IMG/VR virus record: IMGVR_UViG_3300024255_000005
Source: an uncultured virus (IMG/VR IMGVR_UViG_3300024255_000005)
Taxonomy: Duplodnaviria; Heunggongvirae; Uroviricota; Caudoviricetes
Strand: one strand, 5' to 3'
Length of the DNA: 20,000 bases
Of the stretch, positions 1 to 8,253 are shown one piece after another (within the stretch, counting starts at the first letter, position 1; each line of letters starts with the position of its first letter). Under the pieces are notes generated by a model, which did not search any database, was not told where the DNA came from, and saw only the letters and a program-made list of their open reading frames with translations. Both the position numbers and the translations under genes were made by a program.

Positions 1-1
1 G

Positions 2-2578
2 GTTGTTGGTCACTCAAGAAAGGGACCTTACAATACACCAGTATTAATCGAAAACGTTGAAGCATTCATTCAAGTATATGGAAACATCGACAAGTCGTTA
101 GAGAAAAAAGGAATGTTCTTCCACAGATCAGCTAAGGCTGCTCTTTCAAGAGGACCTATCCTAGCTCTTAACCTTGCTCATTTTGGAGAAAATGATTTAG
201 CTTCAGCTGCACAAATTTCAACAAATGGATCATATAAAACTGATGCCTTAATGGAAAGACCAGCTGGAAATACATGGGTGGCAGGAGATGCTATTCCTGG
301 TACTGGATCACCTGCACAGGCTCCAGTTGCAACCGCTATTACAGACGCGGCAGCGGCTACACTTTCAGTAGACGGTTTAACTTTAACATTAGCAGGTGTA
401 GATTTAACATCTAGCCTAGTAGGTACTTTCTATTTACTTTCAGATGCAGGTAGTGAACCTCATATCGAAGCAACAGCTGCGTTTGATGGTACAGATACTG
501 TAATTACAGCTTTAGATGCTATCAATACAGCTCACGACGGTGCTTCAACAAGCTTTAATATTTATGATATGGCATCGACTATCGCTGAAGTATTACCAGA
601 TACATACTCAGAAGCTGATGTAGCGGCAGACTTTACTATTGCAACATATCCTGAATTAGGTCACCAAACTGGAGACTATGCTTATGCTAATTTCTTTGAC
701 ACAGATAAATTCATGATTCCTTCTGACGAAAAAGTATTACAAACACTAGGACAGGATTCTAATCAAGTTTTAAACTTTGTAAATATTAAACAAACCGCAA
801 TCACAGTTTTCACAAGAAAAGCACAAAATACTGATGGCTTTGATGTTACTGCAAGAGAATGGTATGGAGAAGGAAATGTTCCAGCATATTTAAATGACAA
901 AGATTTAATGTCAGATTATATGATTGACGTATTTGTATTCAAAGGTAAATTTGATGCTGCGGCAATGGACACTGATCCAGTTTATGGATATTACTTTGAC
1001 AATAAAGGTTTAAGAAAAGAGCTAATAGAACAATTTGCAAATTTGAGACAAGTTGAAATGATAGGTTCTTATACGGGTTCAATGCTTCCAGGTTTTAAAG
1101 ACTTAGAAGGAAGAAACGTATATATCGAAACAATGATTAACGCTGAAGCAAGAAGAACAGGTTTATTCTGTGCAATTGCTGAAGATTTAGTAACTGACGA
1201 ATCTGGAGATACTCCAATTGATTTAGTTGGTCACACATTTGACGAAGCCGCTCAAGATCAAGTAGTATTATCTTACGACATTGCAAATAGAACAATATTA
1301 TTCCCCGGGTCGGATTTAACATACTCTGCTGATGGAACTAATGCAATATTTACCTACACTGGTGCACTATCTACATTTACTCCTGAAGTTAAAAAAGGAA
1401 ATTATATCAGAACAGGTGAAAGATTAGCTCTAGTTGAGCAGGTTTCTGTTTCTAAAAACGAAAGCGGACAAATAGTATGGACTATTAAATTATCAGAAGC
1501 GGCTCCTTTAGTTGCCCCTACTGCATTTATTGAATCTTTAGAAGATGCAGCAGTTTCATATACTCCATTCGTATTAAATGGCGCAGATATTGAAGCAGAA
1601 ACTATTACTTCATGTTTACAGGCTATTTCATTAGGAACAGGATTGGCAACTGGTTTAGTAGATAAAGATGCAATTGACTTTAGATATATTGTTGATACAT
1701 TTGGATCTTACGATTTAAATGGATTACAAAATAAAATTCAATTATCTCAATTAGCAAAAGAAAGACAAAACGCAGCAGCTATATTAAATGCACCAATGGT
1801 AAAAGACTTTAAAGAATCTACGGATCCTTCATTTAAAGATCAATTTGGCTCATTTAAAACTTCATACATTAAAGATGGAGGTAACTTAGATCAAAATCCA
1901 ACATCACTATATACATTACCGAGTATCGCAGATGGTGCAAACTTTGCATTCTACTATGGTCCTGGTCTTATTGTAAGAGAAAATGGAAAAGATTTAATCG
2001 TTCCACCAGCTGCTTATGTATCTAATAACTATATTGATAAATACACAGACGCTTTACCATGGTCAATTGTCGCTGGTCCTAGAAGAGGTGTTGTTGCTGG
2101 AACTAACGTTGCAGGAGCTGAATATTCTTTTGACAAATCAGATAGAGACATTTTAGAGCCATTTGGTTATAACCCAATTGTATTCCAAAGAGGAGTTGGT
2201 TTAACTATCTTAGGAAATAAAACTGCACAGCAATCTATTAAATCATCACTATCTTCAGCTCACGTTAGAGAAGTGTTAATTTACATTCAAGATGCAATGG
2301 CAGATATCCTTAAGGATTACGTATTCGAATTTAATAATGCACAAACTAGATTAGAAATCAAAACTTTAGCAGATTCATTAATGGAATCAGTTAGACAAGA
2401 CGGTGGAGTATATGATTTCAAAAACGTAATGGATCAATCAAATAACACAGGTGAGGTAATTGATAACAACATTGGTATCATAGATACATTTGTTGAGCCA
2501 GTTAAAGGTTTAGAAATAGTTGTACATAGAACAACGATTTTAAATACTGGTGAAATTTCAACAGGAAACTTTAGTTAA
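2..2578 (+). CDS. Contractile tail sheath protein (T4 gp18-like), 5'-truncated
   Basis: The frame is open from nt 2 (VVGHSRKGPYNTPVLIENVEAFIQVYG, a typical sheath N-terminal motif), so the true start lies upstream of the window rather than at 113. C-terminal sheath motifs: VPPAAYV, PWSIVAGPRRG, NPIVFQRGVGLTILGNKT, HVREVLIYI, FEFNNAQTR. Confidence 0.93.
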   Translation, partial: VVGHSRKGPYNTPVLIENVEAFIQVYGNIDKSLEKKGMFFHRSAKAALSRGPILALNLAHFGENDLASAAQISTNGSYKTDALMERPAGNTWVAGDAIPGTGSPAQAPVATAITDAAAATLSVDGLTLTLAGVDLTSSLVGTFYLLSDAGSEPHIEATAAFDGTDTVITALDAINTAHDGASTSFNIYDMASTIAEVLPDTYSEADVAADFTIATYPELGHQTGDYAYANFFDTDKFMIPSDEKVLQTLGQDSNQVLNFVNIKQTAITVFTRKAQNTDGFDVTAREWYGEGNVPAYLNDKDLMSDYMIDVFVFKGKFDAAAMDTDPVYGYYFDNKGLRKELIEQFANLRQVEMIGSYTGSMLPGFKDLEGRNVYIETMINAEARRTGLFCAIAEDLVTDESGDTPIDLVGHTFDEAAQDQVVLSYDIANRTILFPGSDLTYSADGTNAIFTYTGALSTFTPEVKKGNYIRTGERLALVEQVSVSKNESGQIVWTIKLSEAAPLVAPTAFIESLEDAAVSYTPFVLNGADIEAETITSCLQAISLGTGLATGLVDKDAIDFRYIVDTFGSYDLNGLQNKIQLSQLAKERQNAAAILNAPMVKDFKESTDPSFKDQFGSFKTSYIKDGGNLDQNPTSLYTLPSIADGANFAFYYGPGLIVRENGKDLIVPPAAYVSNNYIDKYTDALPWSIVAGPRRGVVAGTNVAGAEYSFDKSDRDILEPFGYNPIVFQRGVGLTILGNKTAQQSIKSSLSSAHVREVLIYIQDAMADILKDYVFEFNNAQTRLEIKTLADSLMESVRQDGGVYDFKNVMDQSNNTGEVIDNNIGIIDTFVEPVKGLEIVVHRTTILNTGEISTGNFS

Positions 2579-2581
2579 GAA

Positions 2582-2589
2582 GATATATA
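2582..2589 (+). promoter_or_regulatory. Putative late promoter GATATATA
   Basis: Lies between sheath and tube genes. The same motif occurs on both strands at 19609-19625, and AATATATA at 4694. Analogous to the T4 late promoter TATAAATA. Confidence 0.5.
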
Positions 2590-2614
2590 ATAAAAAATAA
2601 AACAATAAAGACTT

Positions 2615-3169
2615 ATGGCTTTACCACACTATTCACAAGATCAAACTAGTAAGGCGGGTAGACAATTCGAACCAGTACAAGGAAACTTATTTGAGGTAAC
2701 TATTTTACCTCCTGCTGGAGTTGCTGATGCACCGTTATTACTTCAACATGTTAACACTGTTAGCGGGTTGGAATTATATAAAGCACCTGGAGAGGTAGCA
2801 CAGAAATACAAATTCTCTTCACGTTCATACGCTGGAATGCCAGATGATACTACACTTACAGTGGGTATTAACTTTTCGTTAAATTTAAACGAGGCAAACC
2901 AAGCTTATTTATATAAAACAATGAGACAATGGTATAACTTAGCTTACGATCCACAAACTGGGGTAATGGGCTTAAAGAAAGACTATACCGGAACAATCGT
3001 AATCGTACAATTCAATAGAGCTGGAGATATTTACAGAACTATAACATTAGAAGATTGCTGGATTAATTCTGGACTTCCATTCACTAACGACTTAAGTTAT
3101 GAATCTCCAGAAGCTGCTGCTTTAGAAGTAACATGGAAATGTGATACCTTTAAAGAAGTATTAGCTTAA
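2615..3169 (+). CDS. Tail tube protein (T4 gp19-like)
   Basis: 184 aa directly after the sheath. Motifs FEP..NLFEV, MRQWYNL.YDPQTG.MGLKKDY.GTI.I.Q, TLEDCW and L.VTW..D are typical of gp19-like tubes. Confidence 0.88.
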   Translation: MALPHYSQDQTSKAGRQFEPVQGNLFEVTILPPAGVADAPLLLQHVNTVSGLELYKAPGEVAQKYKFSSRSYAGMPDDTTLTVGINFSLNLNEANQAYLYKTMRQWYNLAYDPQTGVMGLKKDYTGTIVIVQFNRAGDIYRTITLEDCWINSGLPFTNDLSYESPEAAALEVTWKCDTFKEVLA

Positions 3170-3180
3170 TTTATTAAAAG

Positions 3181-3212
3181 TAGGACGACCTTAATTGGCT
3201 CGTCCTATTTTT
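3181..3212 (+). terminator. Rho-independent terminator
   Basis: TAGGACGA-CC-TTAATT-GG-C-TCGTCCTA stem followed by TTTTT, right after the tube stop codon. Confidence 0.85.
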
Positions 3213-3214
3213 AT

Positions 3215-3243
3215 GAAACTAAAATATAATATAATGATATAAT
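3215..3243 (+). promoter_or_regulatory. Putative promoter GAAAC-N18-TATAAT
   Basis: Member of a recurring (G/T)AAAC-N17/18-TATAA motif. The ATG follows 3 nt later. Confidence 0.5.
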
Positions 3244-3246
3244 AAT

Positions 3247-3465
3247 ATGTCCAGTAAACTAACGAAGAAATTACAGGTATTACTCTCTGAAGAAGAAGTG
3301 TTTATCATAAACAGAATTATACTAAACGAGGCGATTGAAAATGGAGAGAGACCGGTTTCAGTTTCGGCGTTTATCAGAGACTTAATAAGACAAGAAATAG
3401 ATAAAAAAAGCGATCTTCAAAAGAGTTGGGATCGAAACAGAATTAAACAACTCAAATCTAAATAA
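3247..3465 (+). CDS. Ribbon-helix-helix (CopG/Arc-like) DNA-binding protein
   Basis: 72 aa. Beta-strand KKLQVLL, then a helix, then the SVSAFIRDLI second-helix pattern. Confidence 0.6.
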   Translation: MSSKLTKKLQVLLSEEEVFIINRIILNEAIENGERPVSVSAFIRDLIRQEIDKKSDLQKSWDRNRIKQLKSK

Positions 3466-3471
3466 TAAAAC

Positions 3472-4434
3472 ATGAGCGAAGACAAAAACAACCCAGTTGA
3501 CCTTGACCAGCAATATAAAGCTATGATAGAGGATAACGAAAACAATGCACCTGTAGAAGCTGAAGAACCAGTTGATCTAGGAAAGGTGGACATGAATAAG
3601 TTTAAACCACAGGAAGCTAAGGAAGCAGATTTCCATTTAGGATATCATAGTGTTTCTCATGCTGAACTTCCTTCAGGTGGAATGTTCTATAATGAAAAAT
3701 CAGAAATTTCTATTAGAGCTGCAAAGGTTTCAGAAATTAGACACTTTTCTACAGTAGACGAGAATAATGTACTAGATATTGATGAAAAATTAAATAACAT
3801 AATTGAATCATGTGTAAGAATTACATCCGGATCTAAAAGAATGTCGTATAGAGATATTTTAGAGGAAGATAGATTCTATTTAGTTTTAGCTATTAGAGAT
3901 CTTACTTTCCCAGAACCTGAAAGTCAATTGACAGTTCCTTATCAAGATAAAAAAGGAGGAAGACACACTGTTGAAGTAAGTAAGAAATATTTTCAATATT
4001 TTAAAATACCAGCAGAATTAGATAAGTATTATGATCAGGAATCTAAGAGTTTTAAAATTGAAACAAAATCCTTTGGTATAATTGAAATGACTCCACCTAG
4101 TATCGGGGTTATGCAAAAAATGACTAAACATATTAAAGATAAGCAGGAAAAAGGAGAAATAGCAGATCAATCTATTCTACAAATAATTCCTTATATCGTA
4201 AATGATTGGAGACAATATACTGATAAGACTATCTTTAATTTTGAAATGGAAGTTAATGGTTGGTCAAATAAGAAATATAGTTTAGTATACAAATTAGCAG
4301 AAAAATTAAAAGTCGGAATCCAGCCTGAGATGTTGGTACCGCACGAGGATGACGAGGTCCTCGTTCCGATTGGGTTTCGTGACGGAATCAAATCTTTATT
4401 CATTGTTCAAGATCTCTCTGGAGAACTTCTTTAA
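3472..4434 (+). CDS. Baseplate hub / tail assembly protein (T4 gp26-like)
   Basis: Motifs LPSGGMFY, ISIRAAKVSE and DILEEDRFYLVLAIRDLTF. Located between tube and tape measure genes. Confidence 0.7.
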   Translation: MSEDKNNPVDLDQQYKAMIEDNENNAPVEAEEPVDLGKVDMNKFKPQEAKEADFHLGYHSVSHAELPSGGMFYNEKSEISIRAAKVSEIRHFSTVDENNVLDIDEKLNNIIESCVRITSGSKRMSYRDILEEDRFYLVLAIRDLTFPEPESQLTVPYQDKKGGRHTVEVSKKYFQYFKIPAELDKYYDQESKSFKIETKSFGIIEMTPPSIGVMQKMTKHIKDKQEKGEIADQSILQIIPYIVNDWRQYTDKTIFNFEMEVNGWSNKKYSLVYKLAEKLKVGIQPEMLVPHEDDEVLVPIGFRDGIKSLFIVQDLSGELL

Positions 4435-4651
4435 AACGAAGTTTCATATCTATAGAGTCTTACATGTACAACCTTCCGAATTGGAAAACATGGATTATTA
4501 TGAATTTTACTATCTCGTAAAAGATCTAACTGATCATTTACAGAAAGAAAATGAAGCTAATAAGGGACAACAAGAACAAAGTGAACAGATGCAACAGAAT
4601 ATGAAAATTCCAAAAATGAATATTCCAAAAATATCAGTTCCTAAATTATAA
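4349..4651 (+). CDS. Small tail/baseplate assembly protein overlapping the gp26-like gene in the +1 frame; start uncertain (ATG 4349, TTG 4403, or frameshift fusion)
   Basis: SLENFFKTKF...PSELENMDYYE resembles the small ORF that follows gp26 in T4-like phages. It overlaps the upstream gene by 86 nt if ATG 4349 is used. Confidence 0.6.
   Translation: MTRSSFRLGFVTESNLYSLFKISLENFFKTKFHIYRVLHVQPSELENMDYYEFYYLVKDLTDHLQKENEANKGQQEQSEQMQQNMKIPKMNIPKISVPKL
4601..4645 (+). repeat. 3 x 15-nt degenerate tandem repeat encoding MKIPK/MNIPK/ISVPK
   Basis: atgaaaattccaaaa, atgaatattccaaaa, atatcagttcctaaa. Confidence 0.75.
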
Positions 4652-4657
4652 TAAACT

Positions 4658-4695
4658 TTAAAGGAATAATGGGAACTGTCCCGTTATTCCTTTAA
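4658..4695. terminator. 17-bp hairpin (terminator or processing site)
   Basis: TTAAAGGAATAATGGGA-ACTG-TCCCGTTATTCCTTTAA with one G-U pair, immediately after the stop at 4651. Confidence 0.75.
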
Positions 4696-4733
4696 TATAT
4701 AGACTATAAACTAAATAAAATTATAAGATTAGT

Positions 4734-4964
4734 ATGAAACGTGTAAAAACATATGAAGACATTATTTCCGAAAAACAAGAACTTAGTACCTCATTAATTT
4801 TAGAGAATAAATTTAAGAAATTTATGAGTTCGCTTGGTCGCCATGCCGTTTCTGCAATAATAAGTTATTTTCATGAAAATCCAGATGCCTTAAAGGAAGT
4901 TCTAGGTTCTATGAAATCATCAAAAGATCAAGGTGTACAAGGCGCCCTAAAAGAGATCAGATAA
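4734..4964 (+). CDS. Small hypothetical protein, possibly virion-packaged
   Basis: 76 aa. N-terminus MKRVKTYEDIISE. Preceded by an AATATATA late-type motif at 4694. Confidence 0.7.
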   Translation: MKRVKTYEDIISEKQELSTSLILENKFKKFMSSLGRHAVSAIISYFHENPDALKEVLGSMKSSKDQGVQGALKEIR

Positions 4965-4978
4965 ATTTAGTTTAATCA

Positions 4979-7708
4979 ATGGCCAATAACGCAAAGGACA
5001 ACATACTGTTATCTCCTTTACAGAGGATAGCTAAGGCAAGTGAAAATACAGACAATAAAATGTCTGCTGTCGCGTTAGGCGTAGATGTTCTAATCAAGGG
5101 TAGCGATAATGTTAAAAGTATCTTAGAAAGACAAACTGATGTATTATTAGATATTAAGACTGCAATTACAGATTTACATAATGATATTAAGGGAGGCAAG
5201 GCAGCTGGTAAAGCAGGAGGAGAAAAAGGAGGCTTTGGCCTTGGAGGTGCTGCTAAGCTAGGAATTATGGTAGTGTTAGCCGCTGGTGCTGTTACACTCG
5301 CTTCTTTTATTATGCAAGGAATTGCTCCAGTTTCGGTTGCTCAGTTAGCAACAGCCATTCTTATATCACTTGCATTAATTCCATTGGTTAAAGCAATGGT
5401 AGAAATGTTAATGTTACTTTCACCCGTCAGAGGGTTGGGTTTCATGGCAGGTAAATTTGCGATATCTAAATTTGGAGGAGCAGCTGGTAAAAGTGCACTA
5501 GGTCCAGGTGGAGATGAAATGTCTAAAAATGGAGCGATGAAAATGGCATTTATGGTTGTATTAGGTGCAGCTGTATTAATAACTGTTTCAAGTTATATTT
5601 TATCAGTAGTAAAACCCGTTGAATTAAAGAAATTAATATCAGCCGCTGTAATAGGATTTGCACTACAACCTATGGCAATGGCATTTTTAGGTGTCGTAAT
5701 GGCATTAAAGAAGGGCGGAATAGGAATGGATAAAAATGGAGCAAAAACAATAGCAATGTCGATGTTAGTTATGGTAGCAATTACACTTGCAATAGCAGGT
5801 GTCGCAGGAGCCATGGCCATGATGCCAGCAACCTTTATCGAAGGACCTCCATTAGATTGGATTTTTATGACAGGGTTAATGCTTTTTGTTTTTTCAATTC
5901 CACTTTCTATAATATTAAGATCGGTCAAAGGATTAAATCTTAAACAAATGATATTTGCTTCACTTGCAATACCATTAATAGCTTTAGCAATTGCTGGAGT
6001 TTCTTACGCAATGGAAGGATTAAGCGGTAATTATGTGGCTCCACCTGCATCATGGACTCTAAAGGCAGGTTTTGCTCTTTTCGTATTTTCTATTCCATTA
6101 GTGATGGTATTAAGAAGTATTAAAGGAAAAACATTAAAGGAGATACTTTATGCATCTTTAGCCGTCCCTTTACTTGCGGGTACTATTGTTGCTGTAGCTT
6201 TAATGTTTACTTTTTTAGAAAAAGTAAAGGCATATAATGCACCCCCAGCAAAATGGACTTTAAAGGTAGGTTTGGCTATGGCAGTGTTTGGTATAGCATT
6301 TTATTTTATTTCTAAAGCAACTCGATCAATGGGTATAAAGGAAATTGCACTTGCAGCATTAGCCATGGGATTCATAGCTTTAGGTATATTAGCAGTCGCA
6401 TTCATATTCCAATATCTACCAGATGAATTTAAAACAGTCCCGGTTGAATGGTCATTAAAAACAGGATTAGCAGTAGCTATCTTTGGTCTTGGGTTTATGA
6501 TAGTAGTTAAACTGATGAAAACATTTGGAGTTGGCCTTAAAGATTTGGCAATGGGACTAGTCGGCATAGTAGCGATCGGTATCGCAGTACTTGCAACTGC
6601 ATGGATATTCTCAGTTTTACCAGGAAGTTTTGTACCAATACCAATTGAATGGACTATTGGCGCTGTGTTTGCTATTTCTGCATTTGCAGTTCCACTTGGT
6701 GTCGTTGGCTTAATTGCTACATCAGGTGTAGGTGCTGCAGCATTAGGATTAGGTGCCCTTGGTATGATATTATTAGCAGGTACTATATGGGCAGTTGCTT
6801 GGATATTTAGCAAATTACCAGATTTAGGAGCAATTGGTAAAAATTTCACAAATATGTTATTAGCTCCTGTTAACGGAATGATAGATTCATTTGTTAGAAT
6901 AAAAGAAGAACTTGGAATAGAAAATTTAGGAGCCCTAGGCGCTGGTTTAGTTTCAATTGCAGGTGGTTGGTTAGCATTAGTTGGTGCATTGGCTGGACAA
7001 GCAGCTGGCGATCTAGTAACTGGCGCATTGGGTGCCGGTAAAAAAGTTCTTGATTTTGTGTCATTCGGATTGACTGCAACAGAAGGACCGTTTGAAGTCT
7101 TAGATAAATTAATAAGCAGAAGAAAGGGTATTACTAGTTTAGGACCAGCTGTGGCTGCTGCCGGAAGAGGTTTTGCAGAATTATCTAAATATCAAAGCAA
7201 AGGAGTTAAAGCTCTTAATGCACTATTACCATTCTCTAACGAATGGAGAGTAAAATACTTAAGAAGTTCGGCAACACATGTTGGAACGCTTGCTAAAAAT
7301 TATGGCCTATTGGCAAAACAATCCAATAAGATGAATGTTGGTGCAATCAACGCAACCACAAGGATGTTCGATTCTTTACGTAAATTAGCAGAACAGGATA
7401 ATAATCCAATGAAAGTCCTAGCTGATGATCTGTTAAAAGCAGTTGCAGAATTATCAACTGCAGTTGACGCCCTGGATAAAGCAGTTGCTAGACAAGGTAA
7501 AACTTCTGGCGAAGCCACTAGTGTAATTGGTAAGGCACTTAATAGAGTTAAAGATCTAGTCACGAGCAATACTGAAGAAGTTAAAAAGAATACTCCAAAA
7601 GGAGGAGCTCCTAAAATGGACTTCTCTCCAGTCGTTGACGCCATATCAGAGTTAGAAGAAACATTAACCTCATCTGGAATTAAAGTTAAAAGGAATTCAG
7701 GTTGGTAA
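4979..7708 (+). CDS. Tape measure-like protein with hydrophobic repeats
   Basis: 909 aa, Ala/Gly/Leu-rich and helical, with coiled-coil-like ends and Trp-anchored repeats at 65/67-aa spacing. Canonical position downstream of tube and chaperone genes. Confidence 0.75.
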   Translation: MANNAKDNILLSPLQRIAKASENTDNKMSAVALGVDVLIKGSDNVKSILERQTDVLLDIKTAITDLHNDIKGGKAAGKAGGEKGGFGLGGAAKLGIMVVLAAGAVTLASFIMQGIAPVSVAQLATAILISLALIPLVKAMVEMLMLLSPVRGLGFMAGKFAISKFGGAAGKSALGPGGDEMSKNGAMKMAFMVVLGAAVLITVSSYILSVVKPVELKKLISAAVIGFALQPMAMAFLGVVMALKKGGIGMDKNGAKTIAMSMLVMVAITLAIAGVAGAMAMMPATFIEGPPLDWIFMTGLMLFVFSIPLSIILRSVKGLNLKQMIFASLAIPLIALAIAGVSYAMEGLSGNYVAPPASWTLKAGFALFVFSIPLVMVLRSIKGKTLKEILYASLAVPLLAGTIVAVALMFTFLEKVKAYNAPPAKWTLKVGLAMAVFGIAFYFISKATRSMGIKEIALAALAMGFIALGILAVAFIFQYLPDEFKTVPVEWSLKTGLAVAIFGLGFMIVVKLMKTFGVGLKDLAMGLVGIVAIGIAVLATAWIFSVLPGSFVPIPIEWTIGAVFAISAFAVPLGVVGLIATSGVGAAALGLGALGMILLAGTIWAVAWIFSKLPDLGAIGKNFTNMLLAPVNGMIDSFVRIKEELGIENLGALGAGLVSIAGGWLALVGALAGQAAGDLVTGALGAGKKVLDFVSFGLTATEGPFEVLDKLISRRKGITSLGPAVAAAGRGFAELSKYQSKGVKALNALLPFSNEWRVKYLRSSATHVGTLAKNYGLLAKQSNKMNVGAINATTRMFDSLRKLAEQDNNPMKVLADDLLKAVAELSTAVDALDKAVARQGKTSGEATSVIGKALNRVKDLVTSNTEEVKKNTPKGGAPKMDFSPVVDAISELEETLTSSGIKVKRNSGW

Positions 7709-7718
7709 TTCCAACTTT
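7699..7718 (+). terminator. Possible terminator hairpin overlapping the tape measure stop codon
   Basis: AGGTTGG-TAATT-CCAACTT followed by T; the stem is short. Confidence 0.4.
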
Positions 7719-7722
7719 AACT

Positions 7723-7750
7723 GAAACAACCCCCTCTTATTTAGTATAAT
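7723..7750 (+). promoter_or_regulatory. Putative promoter GAAAC-N17-TATAAT
   Basis: GAAAC 7723-7727 and TATAAT 7745-7750; recurring motif. Confidence 0.6.
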
Positions 7751-7755
7751 TAATA

Positions 7756-7771
7756 GTTCTTTGACAGCTAT
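7756..7771 (+). promoter_or_regulatory. boxA-like element and 5' arm of a long-range RNA stem
   Basis: GTTCTTTGACAGCTAT resembles rrn boxA (E. coli TGCTCTTTAACA) and is complementary to 8147-8162. Confidence 0.6.
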
Positions 7772-7793
7772 ACTTAAAAATAAACACAAGTAT

Positions 7794-8123
7794 ATGGAAA
7801 CAACTATTATTACATTCGGTCTGGGTGTGGTGCTAACTCTAATTATTTTAGGCGTAGTGTCATTGTTCAGGTCAACTAAAAAAATCAGTGAATTAGATTC
7901 GTTGATTAATCACATCGAAAGCGATATTCAAGGTAGAATAGATTCAGTCGAGCACTATTTAGATAATTGTATAGATGATCTAGATAGAAGATTAGATTCT
8001 AGAGTAGATAGAGCAATTTCTCAATTTGAGAAAGAAATAGAAGAAATGGATTTAAGATTAGATAAAATTATTGATAGTTTTAATCTTCAAAAATCCAAAG
8101 AAAAGGAAAACATTCCTAATTAA
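7794..8123 (+). CDS. Single-pass membrane protein with acidic coiled-coil tail
   Basis: ATG 7794 after an A-rich leader is more plausible than TTG 7761. Hydrophobic helix IITFGLGVVLTLIILGVVSLF, then heptad-like IDDLDRRLDSRVD and MDLRLDKI. Confidence 0.8.
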   Translation: METTIITFGLGVVLTLIILGVVSLFRSTKKISELDSLINHIESDIQGRIDSVEHYLDNCIDDLDRRLDSRVDRAISQFEKEIEEMDLRLDKIIDSFNLQKSKEKENIPN

Positions 8124-8146
8124 TTTAAATAAATAAACATTAACCC

Positions 8147-8162
8147 ATAGTTGTTAAAGAAT
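8147..8162 (+). other. 3' arm of the long-range RNA stem
   Basis: ATAGTTGTTAAAGAAT pairs with 7756-7771 (13 Watson-Crick + 3 G-U pairs). Confidence 0.6.
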
Positions 8163-8163
8163 A

Positions 8164-8248
8164 GGAGAAGTGGCAGAGTGGTCGAATGCACTGGTCTTGA
8201 AAACCAGCGAACTTCACGGTTCCAGGGGTTCGAATCCCTTCTTCTCCG
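8164..8248 (+). tRNA. tRNA-Ser (anticodon UGA)
   Basis: Acceptor GGAGAAG/CTTCTCC, anticodon arm CTGGT-CTTGAAA-ACCAG, long variable arm, T-loop TTCGAAT, discriminator G. Followed by CAA, so CCA is not encoded. Confidence 0.96.
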
Positions 8249-8253
8249 CAATT

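Noticed and set aside
113..115. ATG 113 as the sheath start
   Set aside because: The frame is open to the window edge and encodes conserved sheath N-terminal residues upstream.
4372..4378. GGGTTTC as a canonical -1 slippery heptamer
   Set aside because: It is phased GGG TTT C rather than X XXY YYZ, and the downstream ORF is in the +1 frame.
4972..7644. Several minus-strand ORFs up to 182 aa inside the tape measure gene
   Set aside because: Antisense shadows caused by Ala/Gly/Ile codon bias; no motifs or expression signals.
7761..7793. TTG start at 7761 for the membrane protein
   Set aside because: It lies inside the boxA-like stem arm. ATG 7794 has a typical A-rich leader and directly precedes the TM helix.
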